DNA of 64,000 nucleotides, from positions 744,001-808,000 of the forward strand of contig OZ237747.1 of assembly GCA_965178125.1 (NCBI GenBank), in the 5' to 3' direction. Shown one piece after another: positions 1 to 11,654 of the stretch; the stretch's first letter is position 1; each line of letters starts with the position of its first letter. The position numbers and the translations under genes were made by a program. The notes beneath the pieces were generated by a model, which saw nothing but the letters and a program-made list of their open reading frames with translations, did no database searches and was not told the origin of the DNA. Source of the DNA: Bilabrum cf. latius. Taxonomy: Eukaryota.

Positions 1-2909
1 GAACCGGGCACAGACACAGACCCGGACGGTCGTCTCGAGCCAAGCTAGCTGCCGCGAGTGGCACTCCGGCGGCGCGCTGACGCCTTGGGAGCCATAAGTC
101 TAGCCTTCTGCCGACTGTCGGCCGGCGCAGTAGCTACAGATGCCTTGCCTGTGACGCCAATGCGGCCGACTCTGCCTGTGGCAACAAGAGGATCGGGCAC
201 GCTGGCCGACGGACCACGCGCGCTGAGGCGGGCACGACTGCTCTGCTTGGATGTCCTAGATGCCTGCGACCTCTTACTGCTGCCTCCTGCGCTCCTTGCA
301 ACGGACGCCACGGATCGCGCCTTTCTTTGCGATGATGATGATGCTCGACTGGCTCCGCCGACCGACCCAGCTCTGCTCCTCCTCGCCGCGCTGCTCACGG
401 ACCCAGACCTGCTCTTTGACGCAACGGGTAGGCCACTGCTGCTTTTCGAAGCCTTCCGCCTGCTTGCTACTGAGCCGGACTTGCGCGATGCATTGCTAAG
501 GCTGCTCCGCCGCGGTGGAACTGAACTTGTCCGGTTCCTGCTGCCTCGCGAAGAGCTAGCTGATACCCTGCTGCTAGAGACCGCTTTGGAATGGAGCGGC
601 GGTCTGCTGCTGGATCGGTTCACGGTTCCTGCCCCTGCATGCTTCAGACCCGTTTCTTCGTCCGAAAAGGAGGCGCTCCTACCTCTCCCACTTTCACCGC
701 TGCCACTGCTCGGCGAGCTCAAGGCGGAGGCAGCACCTCGGACGGCCCACCCGCCGAGCTCGAGGTCACGGCTGTCACCCTGCAGGTCGTCCTCGTCCTG
801 CTTCTCGTCCTGTCGTGCATCGTGTTGGCTACCCTGCAACCCGTGACGTGTCTCGTCACCTGCCCCGATCGGCGCGTCGCCCGATCTAGCGCCCATGTCT
901 GGGATAGGCAAGTCGGGCCGCTGGCGAATCAGCAAACCTGGCGGGATGCCAGAGCTGTCTGAGGACTGCCCAGGCGAGGAACGCAAAGACACAAAGTGGG
1001 AAGGCTCCGCAGAGGCTGGCACAAGACCGCTCAGCGCATCTCTCGCGACATCAACCTCTTGCCTGTCATTTGCAGGGCTGGTCGCGTGCTGGGACTTGAC
1101 GTTTGCACTTTCTGGGGATGACTGCTGCTCACTCTTCGCTTGTTGCGAGCTACCATCCGCTAGAGCTGGTGGAGTACCAGTATCAGAATTACTGGGCCTG
1201 CCTAGGCTGCCGTCAGCATCAGCACCGTGCTAGCGGTCACTACCAGGGGAAGCATCCTCCTCCTGCTCGTGCTCCTGCAGCTGCTGAAAGGGCGAATCGC
1301 AAGCAAATCCAGAGGCAGCCGCTAGAGCAATGCGAGCTCTTTCTGCGTCAGATAGGAGCCGCCGACCAGCCGGTGACTCGGCTCCAGGCCCGGCAACGGA
1401 TGCTGACGCTCGCCTGGACCTCTGCTTGTGGGAGTTCTGTGTTTGTGCCTTGCTGCCATGACTTGGTGCCGCGCGGGGTTGCTTTGGTGATACAGTAGCC
1501 TTCAACCACAGCTGTTCCTGTCGGCTTACCGATTTCCGGCTTTTTTTGGATTGCTTTCCGCTGCTTATCCGGCTACGGACGGATGTGGAGAGGCTGTGGC
1601 TCCTTGCTTGTCTCGCCACCCTGCTGTCCTTCCGGCCTGCGACAGACGACGAATCTCCGTCTGATTTCTTGCTCTTTGACCTGCTTGAGATGCTCCTGTG
1701 GCTATTTGTTTCATTGATGATGCCAACGGGGAAGCCGCCAGGTCCCAGTTCCGGTGACTTGTGGCTGCCACGCGCGCTGCCATCCACACGCATGCCCCTG
1801 CGGCTGCCTCTGCGACCGCTGCCACTGCCACTGCCGCTGCTTGCCGTGCTCCTCTCACCTCCGCTGCCGCCATTGCTCCCTCCAGTCGACGGTGCACTGC
1901 TGCCACCGCCACGGCTGACGGCCCCGCCGCTCTGTCCTCCGCCCTACGCGGAGGCAGCAGCAGCCGAGCCAACGCTCGCACCACCGTGCTGAGGCAGACC
2001 CGCCACCGCTGCACGGACGGAGGCAGGATGCGGAGGCCTGCTCTGGCTATGAGCGTCATCGATTCGAGAGTCCCAACTCGGAGCACTTGGCGCCTACGCG
2101 TTCCCCCTGCAGTGCGATGCACCTGACGCACTGCCGGCCATCGGTGCCGCGGCCAGCAGGGCTCCAGCCTCCTGGCCGCTGCTAGAGGACCCCGCCGACT
2201 GCCCCGCTGGAAACACGCCACTTTGGGCTGAATACGCTTCTGGTGGAACGGTGGCTGGTGGTGTCATGCTTTGATCGTTGTGTGCCTGCTGTCCTCGTTG
2301 CTGTGCGAGCAGGGCGGCCTCCTGCTCGGTCAACGCACCTCGCTCAGGCACTTGCCCGCCGTGTAGGCTTGGGACTCCCTCTTGCTGCTATAACTACACA
2401 TGCAGTGCCTCGCCGGCGTACGATGCAGCAGAGCGGGTGTCTTCGTCGAATGCACGCTGAACTTCACCCCCCCGCTCCGGGCTGGCCCGCCTCGAATTCG
2501 GAGGAGGGGCGAATGTGCGCTCGTACCGCCGATCTCCGGCCCTCCATGCTTCATCAGGTAGCATAGGACCCGATAATGACGCAAATTTTGAACCGTGCGA
2601 CCTTGCAGAGTGCCCCAAACGCCGTGCTAGAGCTCGGCGGTTTCGTTCTGACTGAAGCTGATCCGACAAATTTACTCGGGCGGATACGTGAGGCCAATCG
2701 CTCAACAACACAGCAGTAGCAAACTGCTCTGAATTCAGGTCAATGCCTGTATCAACCTCGTACTTGTCACTAGGGGCGTCTTGGCGTGCAAGTGCGGTTT
2801 CCACTGCAAGATCTAGTTCATCTCTTTCCATGTCAATCACGCCATTCTATGTGACATTATCACCTATTGCCTGTGCAACTCTGCTATCGAGGGAAGATGG
2901 GCTGTTCAT
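1..2909 (-). CDS. Hypothetical low-complexity Ser/Arg/Gly-rich protein, 3' end outside the window (TAG=Gln)
   Basis: ORFs 2394-2840, 2094-2351, 1230-1793 and 45-1022 share one frame and are separated only by TAG (2847, 2394, 2388, 2094, 1944, 1230, 45). The first ATG after an upstream TGA is at 2909 (MNSPSSLDSRVAQ). One TAG pair lies in a Gln run: V-TAG-L-TAG-CAG-CAA-E. Confidence 0.7.
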
Positions 2910-3007
2910 GATAAATGTTCGATATCACGGTTTCAACGAATGGAAATCCGAATTTCCGCCCGCCAAAAGACTCGTTACAAGTACCCCGATCTTGCCGGGT
3001 GTCCGAC

Positions 3008-6000
3008 ATGCATGTGCAGCAAGAACGCCTGGTTTGGGACTATTACGTCAAGGAATTCGGGTAGGCTACAAGTGCAGTCCGCGACATCACTCATTGTGTG
3101 CTCGACGCAATTCGCGACCTCAAAAGCTCGACGGGAACCTCGGCTGACCGAGAGGCTGCAGGGCAAGCGGTTACGCAGGCCGTGTCCTCCGTCAAACTGC
3201 TTCTGCAAGGATGTTTCACGGCAGCAGCCGAGACTGTTACAGGCCGACAAATGGCAAACACCGGCCAGGCCGGGCACGTAGAAGCGTCACGCAAGCGCCA
3301 CCGCAGGACCTGGGCGGCACGGACGAGATGGGCTGAAACGTGGGGAAAAGCCCATGCCAGCCTCAAGGCCCTTATCGCGGGACCAACCACGGAACAAGCT
3401 CTTTCAGAGGCCAGAACATGCTTGGCTGCACATCGCCGAGCCAGCCTGCGCCTCGAAGGGCGACAGCGGGGGCTAGATGGACGGATGCAGGCAACACTCT
3501 GGGGGAGCACAGAGGTGAACCAGTAGGCCAATGAGGGACAGGAGTACTGGACGATGCTCCTTGCCAACCTGGACCATGATCGACGGGCTGTTTTCGAGAC
3601 CACCGAGCGAGGGGCACGCAGGACGGGCCACGCACTGCGGAACATGCTGGGAACAGCAAGTCCGAGGGAAGCCCACCGATAGATCGCTGATGCAATCTCT
3701 AGAAGGCAACGAGCTGCACCAGGACTGGAACCAATCACGAACCTAGGCGGAGAGGTGCTTACGGCCGTCGAGGATATCCTAGAGGCACACGCACAGCAGC
3801 TCTCTCACGCAGGTGGGAATGGAAGTGCGGATGTGGGCGGATTTATGGCCAGGATTGCGCCGCACATGCCCAGGGCAGCGACACCGCTCAACCTATTCTG
3901 CAGGTCGAACGCAGAGGTGGATCAAGCACTGGACAAGCTCAAGCACAACAAAGCTGTGGGACCTGATGGGATCAGGGCGGAATTGCTGACCAAATGCTAG
4001 CCATGCTCTGAGGAGGACGGGTGTCTGCGGCGAAGTGACGCTCTGTTGGACCTCCTCAGGGCCATTTATAATCTCACACTCTTCTCGGGGATTCAGCCTG
4101 AGGCCTTTCAGGAGGGGTTCATGCGGCCGGTCTCCAAGCGCAAGCAGGGCACAGGAGTCACAGGAGTCGACGAATTCAGGCCAATATGCTGGACCTCGGC
4201 TCTCTCGAAGGTCGTAAGCACCATCGCAAACCAGAAGGTCATGTGGTACTGCGAAAACCACGGACTCTTCGGCCAGGATTAGGCCGGATTTCGCATCGGC
4301 AAGAACTGCCAGCAGGCCTACTCAGCGGTGATGGAATGGATTACCCAACGAAGGGGTGCTGGAGGTTTTCTGGTATTCTTTGACATCAAAGGAGCATTTG
4401 ACAGTTGCAAGTGGAACATCATCGAGGCCATCATGACGGAGCAAGGATGGGGACGCCAGACGGTCCGCTTTCTCATGGCCCGCATGCAGGTGGCCATCCG
4501 CGTTCGAGACCCACTCACCAGGAGGGTCTCTACCAGAGTGCAGAAGACGGCGGGCACCCCCTAGGGCGAGATTCTGTCTCCCACCATCTTCCTGGTACTG
4601 ATGGGGGTTCTCCTGGAAACGCTGCGGAAAGAGAGGCTCCAGCACGGGCACCATCAAAGGATCGTGACCGACACCGGACGATACGTTGAATGTGGACAAG
4701 TCGGGTACGCAGACGACTACGTGGCACTGACGTCGAACTGGAACGAAGCAGTGGCGGTCATGAAGCTAGTCAAGAGCCTGTTTGCACTTGCGGGCATGTA
4801 GCTGGGAATCAAGCCCCTGACAGCATCGGGCCAGGGAACCAAGACAGCGATCATGGCCTTTGGCTACGCTCGGGACTCAATTCCTGGGGACATGCCAGAG
4901 GGCGTCGCATGCAGAGCAGCGGACGCGGGAGAGACGGATGGGGAGTGGACCATCCCACTTGCCTCATCCTACCTGTACCTCGGTCTACTCATTTCGACCC
5001 AACCAGTACGGATCAGCCCAGATGAAGTAGCTGGGCTGACGCAGGCGAGAGACATCTGGGTAATTGATATGGCACCCCACGTACGCAGGAGGATTGCGAT
5101 GGCGTACCGGGCGGCCAGGGACATCACACGAGCGGCGGTGAACGGCAACTGGGCGGTCTCCCTGCACGCCCAGCTGCTCCATGCAGGAGCAATCACGAGT
5201 GCATTCTACGGAGCAGAGGCAGCGGCATGTGCAACAGGATGGGACACCTTGTCAGGATTAGGATATGGTTCCCAAGTTTTCTACGGGATGGAACTGAACC
5301 TGGAAGTCCTCAAGATGCTGGACAAATTCCTGCTAGATACGCGCTGGATGATTGTCAGCGGATCGACACAGGTAAGGCCCTTCACCATGGGCGGCCGATA
5401 CGTGCCAAACCTTGCGATGGACACTGAGCTGCTGACGGCATCGGCAGCAGGGCGTGTTGCTATGGGCCTGCTGGACCTGATCGAGTGTCCCTCGAAGAAG
5501 GGCCTTGATGTTGCGGCCAGGTTCATCCACCAGGGCCGATTCCTGCAGGGACCACCAGTACAGACAGGCCCACTCGGGGCCGCGCTGGCACTGGGATTCA
5601 GGATCAAGATGGCAGGGTGGACCCACCGGATCGATGACGCGAAGGACTGGCTGGGATGCCAGGAGACTGCAAAAAAAGTCACAAAGTGGAGGAAATCCAA
5701 ATCCGGAGCTGCTGACCGATCGTTCACAAGCCTGAGCCTGGGATGCTCGCACGATCCGGCACTGTCGGATTGGGACCGGGAGAGAGCTGCGCTCGGAGTG
5801 GTCATGCTTAACCGGTACGCAACGAAGGGACGGTATGCCTTCGGACCAGGAGCCATGCCAACAGCAGCGGTGGTGCAGGAATACGGCCACCAAGGAAGAC
5901 GAATTCTGCGCATCCGAGCTGGACAATACCCGCAACAGGGCACGCCCAACCTTCAAGTGATGGGCACCGCGGTAGAGCAGATGGAGCGGGCCGAGCATGA

Positions 6001-6595
6001 CCATCATGCCGGAACGAGACCGTGGCAACCCGATGATGCGGATCAGAATAGAGGGAGGTCCCCTGCCTCTCTCCGGAAAGCATGGGCGAAGACAGCTCTC
6101 GCTCAGGACCCTTGGGACGAGAAGCTGGAGCGCACCAGCAGGGCCAAGCCAATCGTCGAAGACGCACTCACTCGGATAGAGCGTACGATTGCACGGTCAT
6201 CGGAACGGACAGCTGTCAAGGAGCTGGCCAACCGAGTGGTGCAGGTGATCAGGAACCAGCTGCGCTAGCAGGAGTAGCTGACGTGCAGGCAGTGGATGCG
6301 AGGCGATGCGGCGGCTGCTCTTGCCGCCACGGCCACGCAAGAGCTGATAGCGGCAACCAATGCGAACGCTCGGCTACAGCGACGGATGTTTAAGCCCCAC
6401 GGCTTGCTAAGGGACATAGAGAGGCAATGGGCCAAAGGCATGAGCGCGTGCATGCTAGCCTCTCTGAAGGATCGTGAGACGCAGAGACGGTCATGGAGGA
6501 GGAAATGGTGGGTCCCGGCAGGGGACCCTGATGTGGGACTGGACCGCGCTTTGTGCCGGGCACATGCTCCGCACCTGTATGCTTTCTCCCTGTGA
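3008..6595 (+). CDS. Non-LTR retrotransposon reverse transcriptase (~1,195 aa with TAG=Gln)
   Basis: One frame with 9 in-frame TAG, ending at TGA 6593-6595. Motifs: KAVGPDGI, FRPICWTSALSKV, D(TAG)AGFR, FFDIKGAFDS, GTP(TAG)GEILSPTIF, YADD, YLYLG. Confidence 0.9.
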
Positions 6596-6803
6596 AGGCA
6601 TCAGGCTGAGGGCTTGTGGGGGACCACATTGATGGCGAATAAAGGGGACTCGGCGGTGTAGGCTGAGATTGGGGGGCCTTTGGCCTGAAAGGGTCGGGGG
6701 TCTTGTAGTCCTTGTTTGAGGACTCCTCTGGATTCAGGTGATCACTCGAACTCCTTCGGGGGCAACGGTGCATCTGGGTGCTTGTGGAATCTTTACCCAA
6801 CAA

Positions 6804-6826
6804 TGTATTTCTGTATTTCTGTATTT
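6804..6826 (+). repeat. (TGTATTTC)x3 tandem tail at the retroelement 3' end
   Basis: tgtatttc tgtatttc tgtattt seen directly. Short tandem 3' tails are typical of CR1/L2/RTE-type LINEs. Confidence 0.75.
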
Positions 6827-6866
6827 GCCAGCCGTCCTTCCGGCATTCTGGCAGTGTCGACACATC

Positions 6867-9800
6867 ATGCGGTCATCCCTTCAGCTTCTAACTAGCCTCA
6901 TCGTATCGGTGGGGCTGGCATCCGCAACCATTTCGCTACCGAAGATCTTCGGTGACCACTGTGTGTTGCAGACCAACAACGAGTACGGGGCGAGAAGCTT
7001 CATTTGGGGGCAAGCCGAGCCAGGCGAGCTAGTTACGCTTAAACTCAGCTCCGATACCTATCAGTCGCTTGCAGATGCTAAGGACGGAACTTGGAGCGTG
7101 CAGTTGAACCCAGGGCGAGGGACGGCAACTCACACTGTAACAGTCACGGGCTCAGTTAGCACGAATACCGTTCAACTCAACGATGTTGTCTTCGGAGACG
7201 TTATCCTTGTGTCTGGCCAAGTAAGTAATAGCTGTACCTCTGAAGCACTGCAATTGCACACTGACTTCTGCTTGCGTACGACGCCCTACGCAACAGCGAT
7301 CCTTTCGCCGGACCATTTCTCCGCCCGCAGTCAAACTCCGTATTTCCCGTGACCAACATGTTCGGAAGAGACGAGATCCTTGCGAAGGCAAATGACCCGA
7401 AGATCCGCCTGTTTAACGCCGCGATGAACTACGCCGAGCAGCCGCAGTACGACCTCAAGAACGGGACGTGCGGCTGGTACAGGAACTCGACCTGCAACAA
7501 GTGGCAGCTGTCGACACCGGAGGTCGCTAGGGACTTTAGCGCCATCGGATTTACTACGGCTCTCAACTGGAAGCAGATCTTTGAGGGAGACGGGTACATC
7601 GGCGTCATCGAGTCCGCAGTCGGCGGAACCCCCGTCTAGGACTGGATGCCGGCTGCCGCTTTCAAGTAGTGCCCTGGCTCCAACGAAGAGGCGGAGCACG
7701 CCAAGGAGACACTCCCGCGCATGGCCAAGCCCTGGCTAGGACACGCAGAGCACGACACCATCGCACCGGGCAAGGACGCCCGCGCGTACAACAAGCTGCT
7801 GAAGCGCAGCCCCCTCGCAAACGAAGTCGGCCCAGTGGCCGGCCGCGCCGCCGCCATGCAAGAACACGTCCTGCCACTTGTGCAGGCGGGCGACATGGAA
7901 GCTGCTGCTGCAGCCGAGGAGGAGGTCGCAGCGCAGTTCGGTGCAGGCGACAAGGACTCCCAGCTGTACAACGCCATGATTGCACCCATCGCTGGGTACA
8001 GCATCCGGTATGCTCTCTGGTACCAGGGCGAGCGCAACGCGGCCGAGGGCACTGGCGAGGCGCTATATTCGTGCTACTTTGGCGCCATGATCGAGCAATG
8101 GCGCAGAGCTTGGGGGATCGGCGACTACGCCTTCGTCTACGCTCAGCTGGCCCCGGTGCTGGCAACCTCCAACTTCACGTCGATCCGTTTGGCCCAGGAC
8201 GACGACAGGGCCAAGAAGGGCGGGCGGATGTCTACCACCGGCATGGCGGTGACCATCGACCTCGGCGACAAGTCCTCCCCCTACGGCTCCGTGCACTCGA
8301 GGAACAAGACCGAGGTGGGACGCAGGCTCGCACTGCAGGCCCTTTGGGCCCAGCGCGCAATCCTGCCCCCCCAGAACAACTTCAGCAGCCCTTTGACCCT
8401 GGGACCCGCGGTGCAGACCGGCAATGGGGCAGTCAACGTGCCTCTGGACCCTGCCACCCTGTACGGCGGGGCGCCTGCCTTCTTCGGCACGAGCGAGTGC
8501 ACGGAATGCTGTGCGGGCGCCGTCGATCTCTTCCAGGTGACGAGCGACCCCAAGGGGGCCGAGGGGTGGGTGAACGCCACTTCCTTCTCGGTGGGTACTG
8601 ACGGCGCCAGCATCAACGTGGGCGTGCCGTCGACCGACGGGGCATACACGTACGTCCGCTTCTCTGCGCAGAACTACCCCGAGTGCACGCTGCACAACAC
8701 CGAGGGGATCGCCATGGGTCCCTTCATCCAGGCCATCGGCAGCACGGCCAAGGAGCTTCAGCGGGGCATCGGGGAGCAAAAGTAGGCGGAGCGCGCCGCA
8801 ATCCGGGCCAAGGTGTCCAAGACAATCACCCGCAGCAGCGTCGGTATCTCCGAAAACCCCACCCGTGAGTCTTGTGATAACGCACCATAGTGCTGACTGC
8901 ATGGTATGACTGTCCAGTCGTATGCGTCTACTTCTGCTAGATTCAATCTGTCATTTTTTGTTTCGATTTGGTGCCCCACGCAGCTCCTATTGGTCTCAAC
9001 ACCTGGAACCTTGCGTGAGTGCTAGGGGGCGTCCTGGGGGATACTGATACTCCAGTGCTTATCACGTCCTGTTCGGAAGGATATACACGCCCATAGATCT
9101 TGATATTTCCTAGTTTCTCCTAAACGCAGCCACTGTAACACCGGCGAGCAGTACAACGATTTCATTGGACAGGCATTGTACGAGACCGGCCTGTCCCAGG
9201 TGAAGACCATCATCAACGATGACTGCTGGCAGGCTGCCCGCAACTCCACGGGGTTCATCATCCCTGACCCCGCCCGCTTCCCCAACGGCTACGGAGCTGT
9301 TGTGCAGAAGCTCAAAGACTACAAGATCGAGAGCGGCCTGTACACCGCGCGCGGGTGAGAGTTGCTCGAGACCTGCTTTGTGCATCGCATTGCATTGCAT
9401 CACATCGTCCTGCTGCAAGCCCACAATCGAACGACTGTAGGGGCCTGAGTGGCTGCGCATCGTTGCATCTGCGCGAGCTTCATGTGTTCTAATTTGAATG
9501 ATTCTTTCCGCAATGATCGCAGGAGCCGCACGTGCCAGGGCCGCCCCGGGTCCTACAGTTTCGAGGCGCAGGACGCTGCCTACTACTGCGAGATCGGGCT
9601 GACGTTCACCAAGACCGACGCGTGCGGTGGCACCGAGTGGCCGCAGGTAAACACCTCCTGGATCCGCTTCGCTGAGGGCTTCGAGAAGTGCAAGCAGGAG
9701 ACGGGCCGGTCGATCTTCACGTCGGTCGAGTACTGCAAACCCGGGGAGGAATGCCTCGACTGGGTTGGCAACCTGACCAACATGTGGCGGGACACATCCG

Positions 9801-10357
9801 ACATCCAGGCCAACTGGGACAAGGTGCTCTACAACGCGGACCAGAACATCATGGAGGCAGGTGCCCTGAAGCGTGCCCAGTTCCCCGACCCTGACATGCT
9901 GGAGGTGGGCCAGATCGGCCTCGACTACGACGAGCAGAAATCGCACATGAGCCTCTGGGTGGTCATGACTGCCCCACTGCTGATCTCGGCTGACCCCACC
10001 CGCATGGACCCGGAGGTCCTGGAACTGCTGAAGAACGATGAGGTGTACGCTGTGAATCAGGACCCGAACGTGGTCATGGGGGTGCGGAGGTCGCCTTCCA
10101 ACGCGACGGGCACCGAGGTGTGGAGCAAGCCGCTGCAGGACGGCAGCGTTGCGGTGCTCCTGCTCAACCGCGGGGAGGATGCTGCCGACATCACGGCCGA
10201 TTGGTCGTTCGTGGGTCTCCCCGCCGGCGCTTCGGCCGATGTGCGTGACCTGTGGGAGAAGAAGGACGCTGGCACCCACTCGGGCTCGTACACCGGCACC
10301 GCCATCCCGAGGCACGGGTGCGAGCTCGTGCGGGTGACGCCGAAGAGCGTCGCTTGA
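6867..10357 (+). CDS. Secreted sialate O-acetylesterase-like (SGNH) domain fused to GH27 alpha-galactosidase
   Basis: Signal peptide MRSSLQLLTSLIVSVGLASA. Exons 6867-7220, 7331-8864, 8984-9014, 9130-9354, 9523-10357. Esterase motifs: GQ|SNS, GGTPV(TAG)DW, LYNAMIAP, WYQGE, VHSRNK. GH27 motifs: TPPIGLNTWN, DDCWQ, KTDAC, WRDTSDI, DPDMLEVG. In-frame TAG at 7637, 7667, 8783. Ends TGA. Confidence 0.85.
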
Positions 10358-10715
10358 ATGTGATTACTTAACGCATTCGTGGCGATGTGTGCATGCGGTG
10401 AATGTGCCTCCTGATGATAGGAGGTGGTGATTCGACCGACTCGGGTGGGGTGGGTGGCTTGTCGTCCAGCTTGTGCATTGCCGGAATCACCACTCATGTA
10501 TCCGATTATCATATCGACTAATATATCTTATATGTAAGAAGTAGGTCAAAGTCAAAGCAATAAACGGCAGCAGTGGATAGACCATTGCACCCCGTTCGCG
10601 CGTGGGCGGATCCGAAGCGACTAGATAGCCCGTGCGACGTGATCTCAAAAACACTATCGAGATGGCGCAATAATCCAGCCGATCATCCTATCGACTGTCT
10701 GCAGTTGTGCTGACC

Positions 10716-11508
10716 TCAGCAGACCTGCGTGCAGCCTACCGGCCTCTAGAAATGGGAGGGCTCCGGCTGGAAGAAGGAGATTGACTCGACATCCCACTGC
10801 TTCAGTGCGCTGTGCTTGGTTTCGTTGTACCGCACCATTTCCTGGTTCCTGCGAAATAAAACGAACAAATTGGGGCGCTACCATCATGGGTGTGTTTTTG
10901 CGTCACGGTGGTCCAACCGCCATCCTCAGTGGCTGAACACTCTCTTACTCGTCCGCAGTGACCCAGTAGTGGTTGGCGTCGTTGCCGTACACGAGCCACC
11001 CATCGACAGCACGTCCGTTGATATCGCCCCGGCCTAGATAGGTCGGGTTGTTTGCCTTGAGGAAGTCGGATCGGATGGCAAGGTTGGTGGTCCCAAATGC
11101 CTGCTTCACCTTGGCTGAACAGTCACAGCAGCCAACTTTGTCAGGTGCCATATCCCTGGTGGATACGCCTGCATCAGTGGCTGGGCTCGATGCGTTGTCG
11201 TACTGGATGTACACGCCCTCCAAAGCGTTGATCACCGAGCATGCCGCCCCGGGGACGTACGCACTGCCGCCGCAGTAGACACAGAGCTCATCGGAGCCAC
11301 CGGCGTGGTGGTCGTAACGATCCACGGCAATCTTTCCGGTTGAGTCGTAGAAATAGTTGAAGAACCATTCAGGGTGTGCAGGCTCATCGGCGGGATCTGT
11401 CATGTGAACCATGCCTTCCCAGAACTTCACGGAGCTATTCCCACCCCAGTTCGGGATTGATGGGTCTGCGTTCGCAAATGCGATCGAAAACAGCAGGACG
11501 GAAAGCAT
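10716..11508 (-). CDS. Secreted Cys-containing protein, ependymin-related-like
   Basis: Signal peptide MLSVLLFSIAFANA. Intron 10849-10948 (gtaaga...cgcag). Motifs GCC, YLG..DINGRAVDGW and C-terminal PEPSHF(TAG)RPVGC resemble ependymin-related proteins. Ends TGA. Confidence 0.6.
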
Positions 11509-11654
11509 TCTCGTACCGGATTTGTACCAGAGTCTTGTGCGGGGTGAATCCACGAGTGTTCGATGTGGCGCTGCGCAATGCCTGTGCGGAACCAGCTCAT
11601 CAGCAATGTCATTTCTCTTTCTATCTTACTTATAGCAGACTATGCCCTCCCTTG

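Larger units (their letters stand above)
2997..6826 (+). mobile_element. Non-LTR (LINE-like) retrotransposon, probably 5'-truncated
   Basis: RT ORF, then a 3' UTR with hairpins, then a (TGTATTTC)x3 tail at 6804-6826. No APE or RLE endonuclease recognised. The 5' boundary is approximate. Confidence 0.8.
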
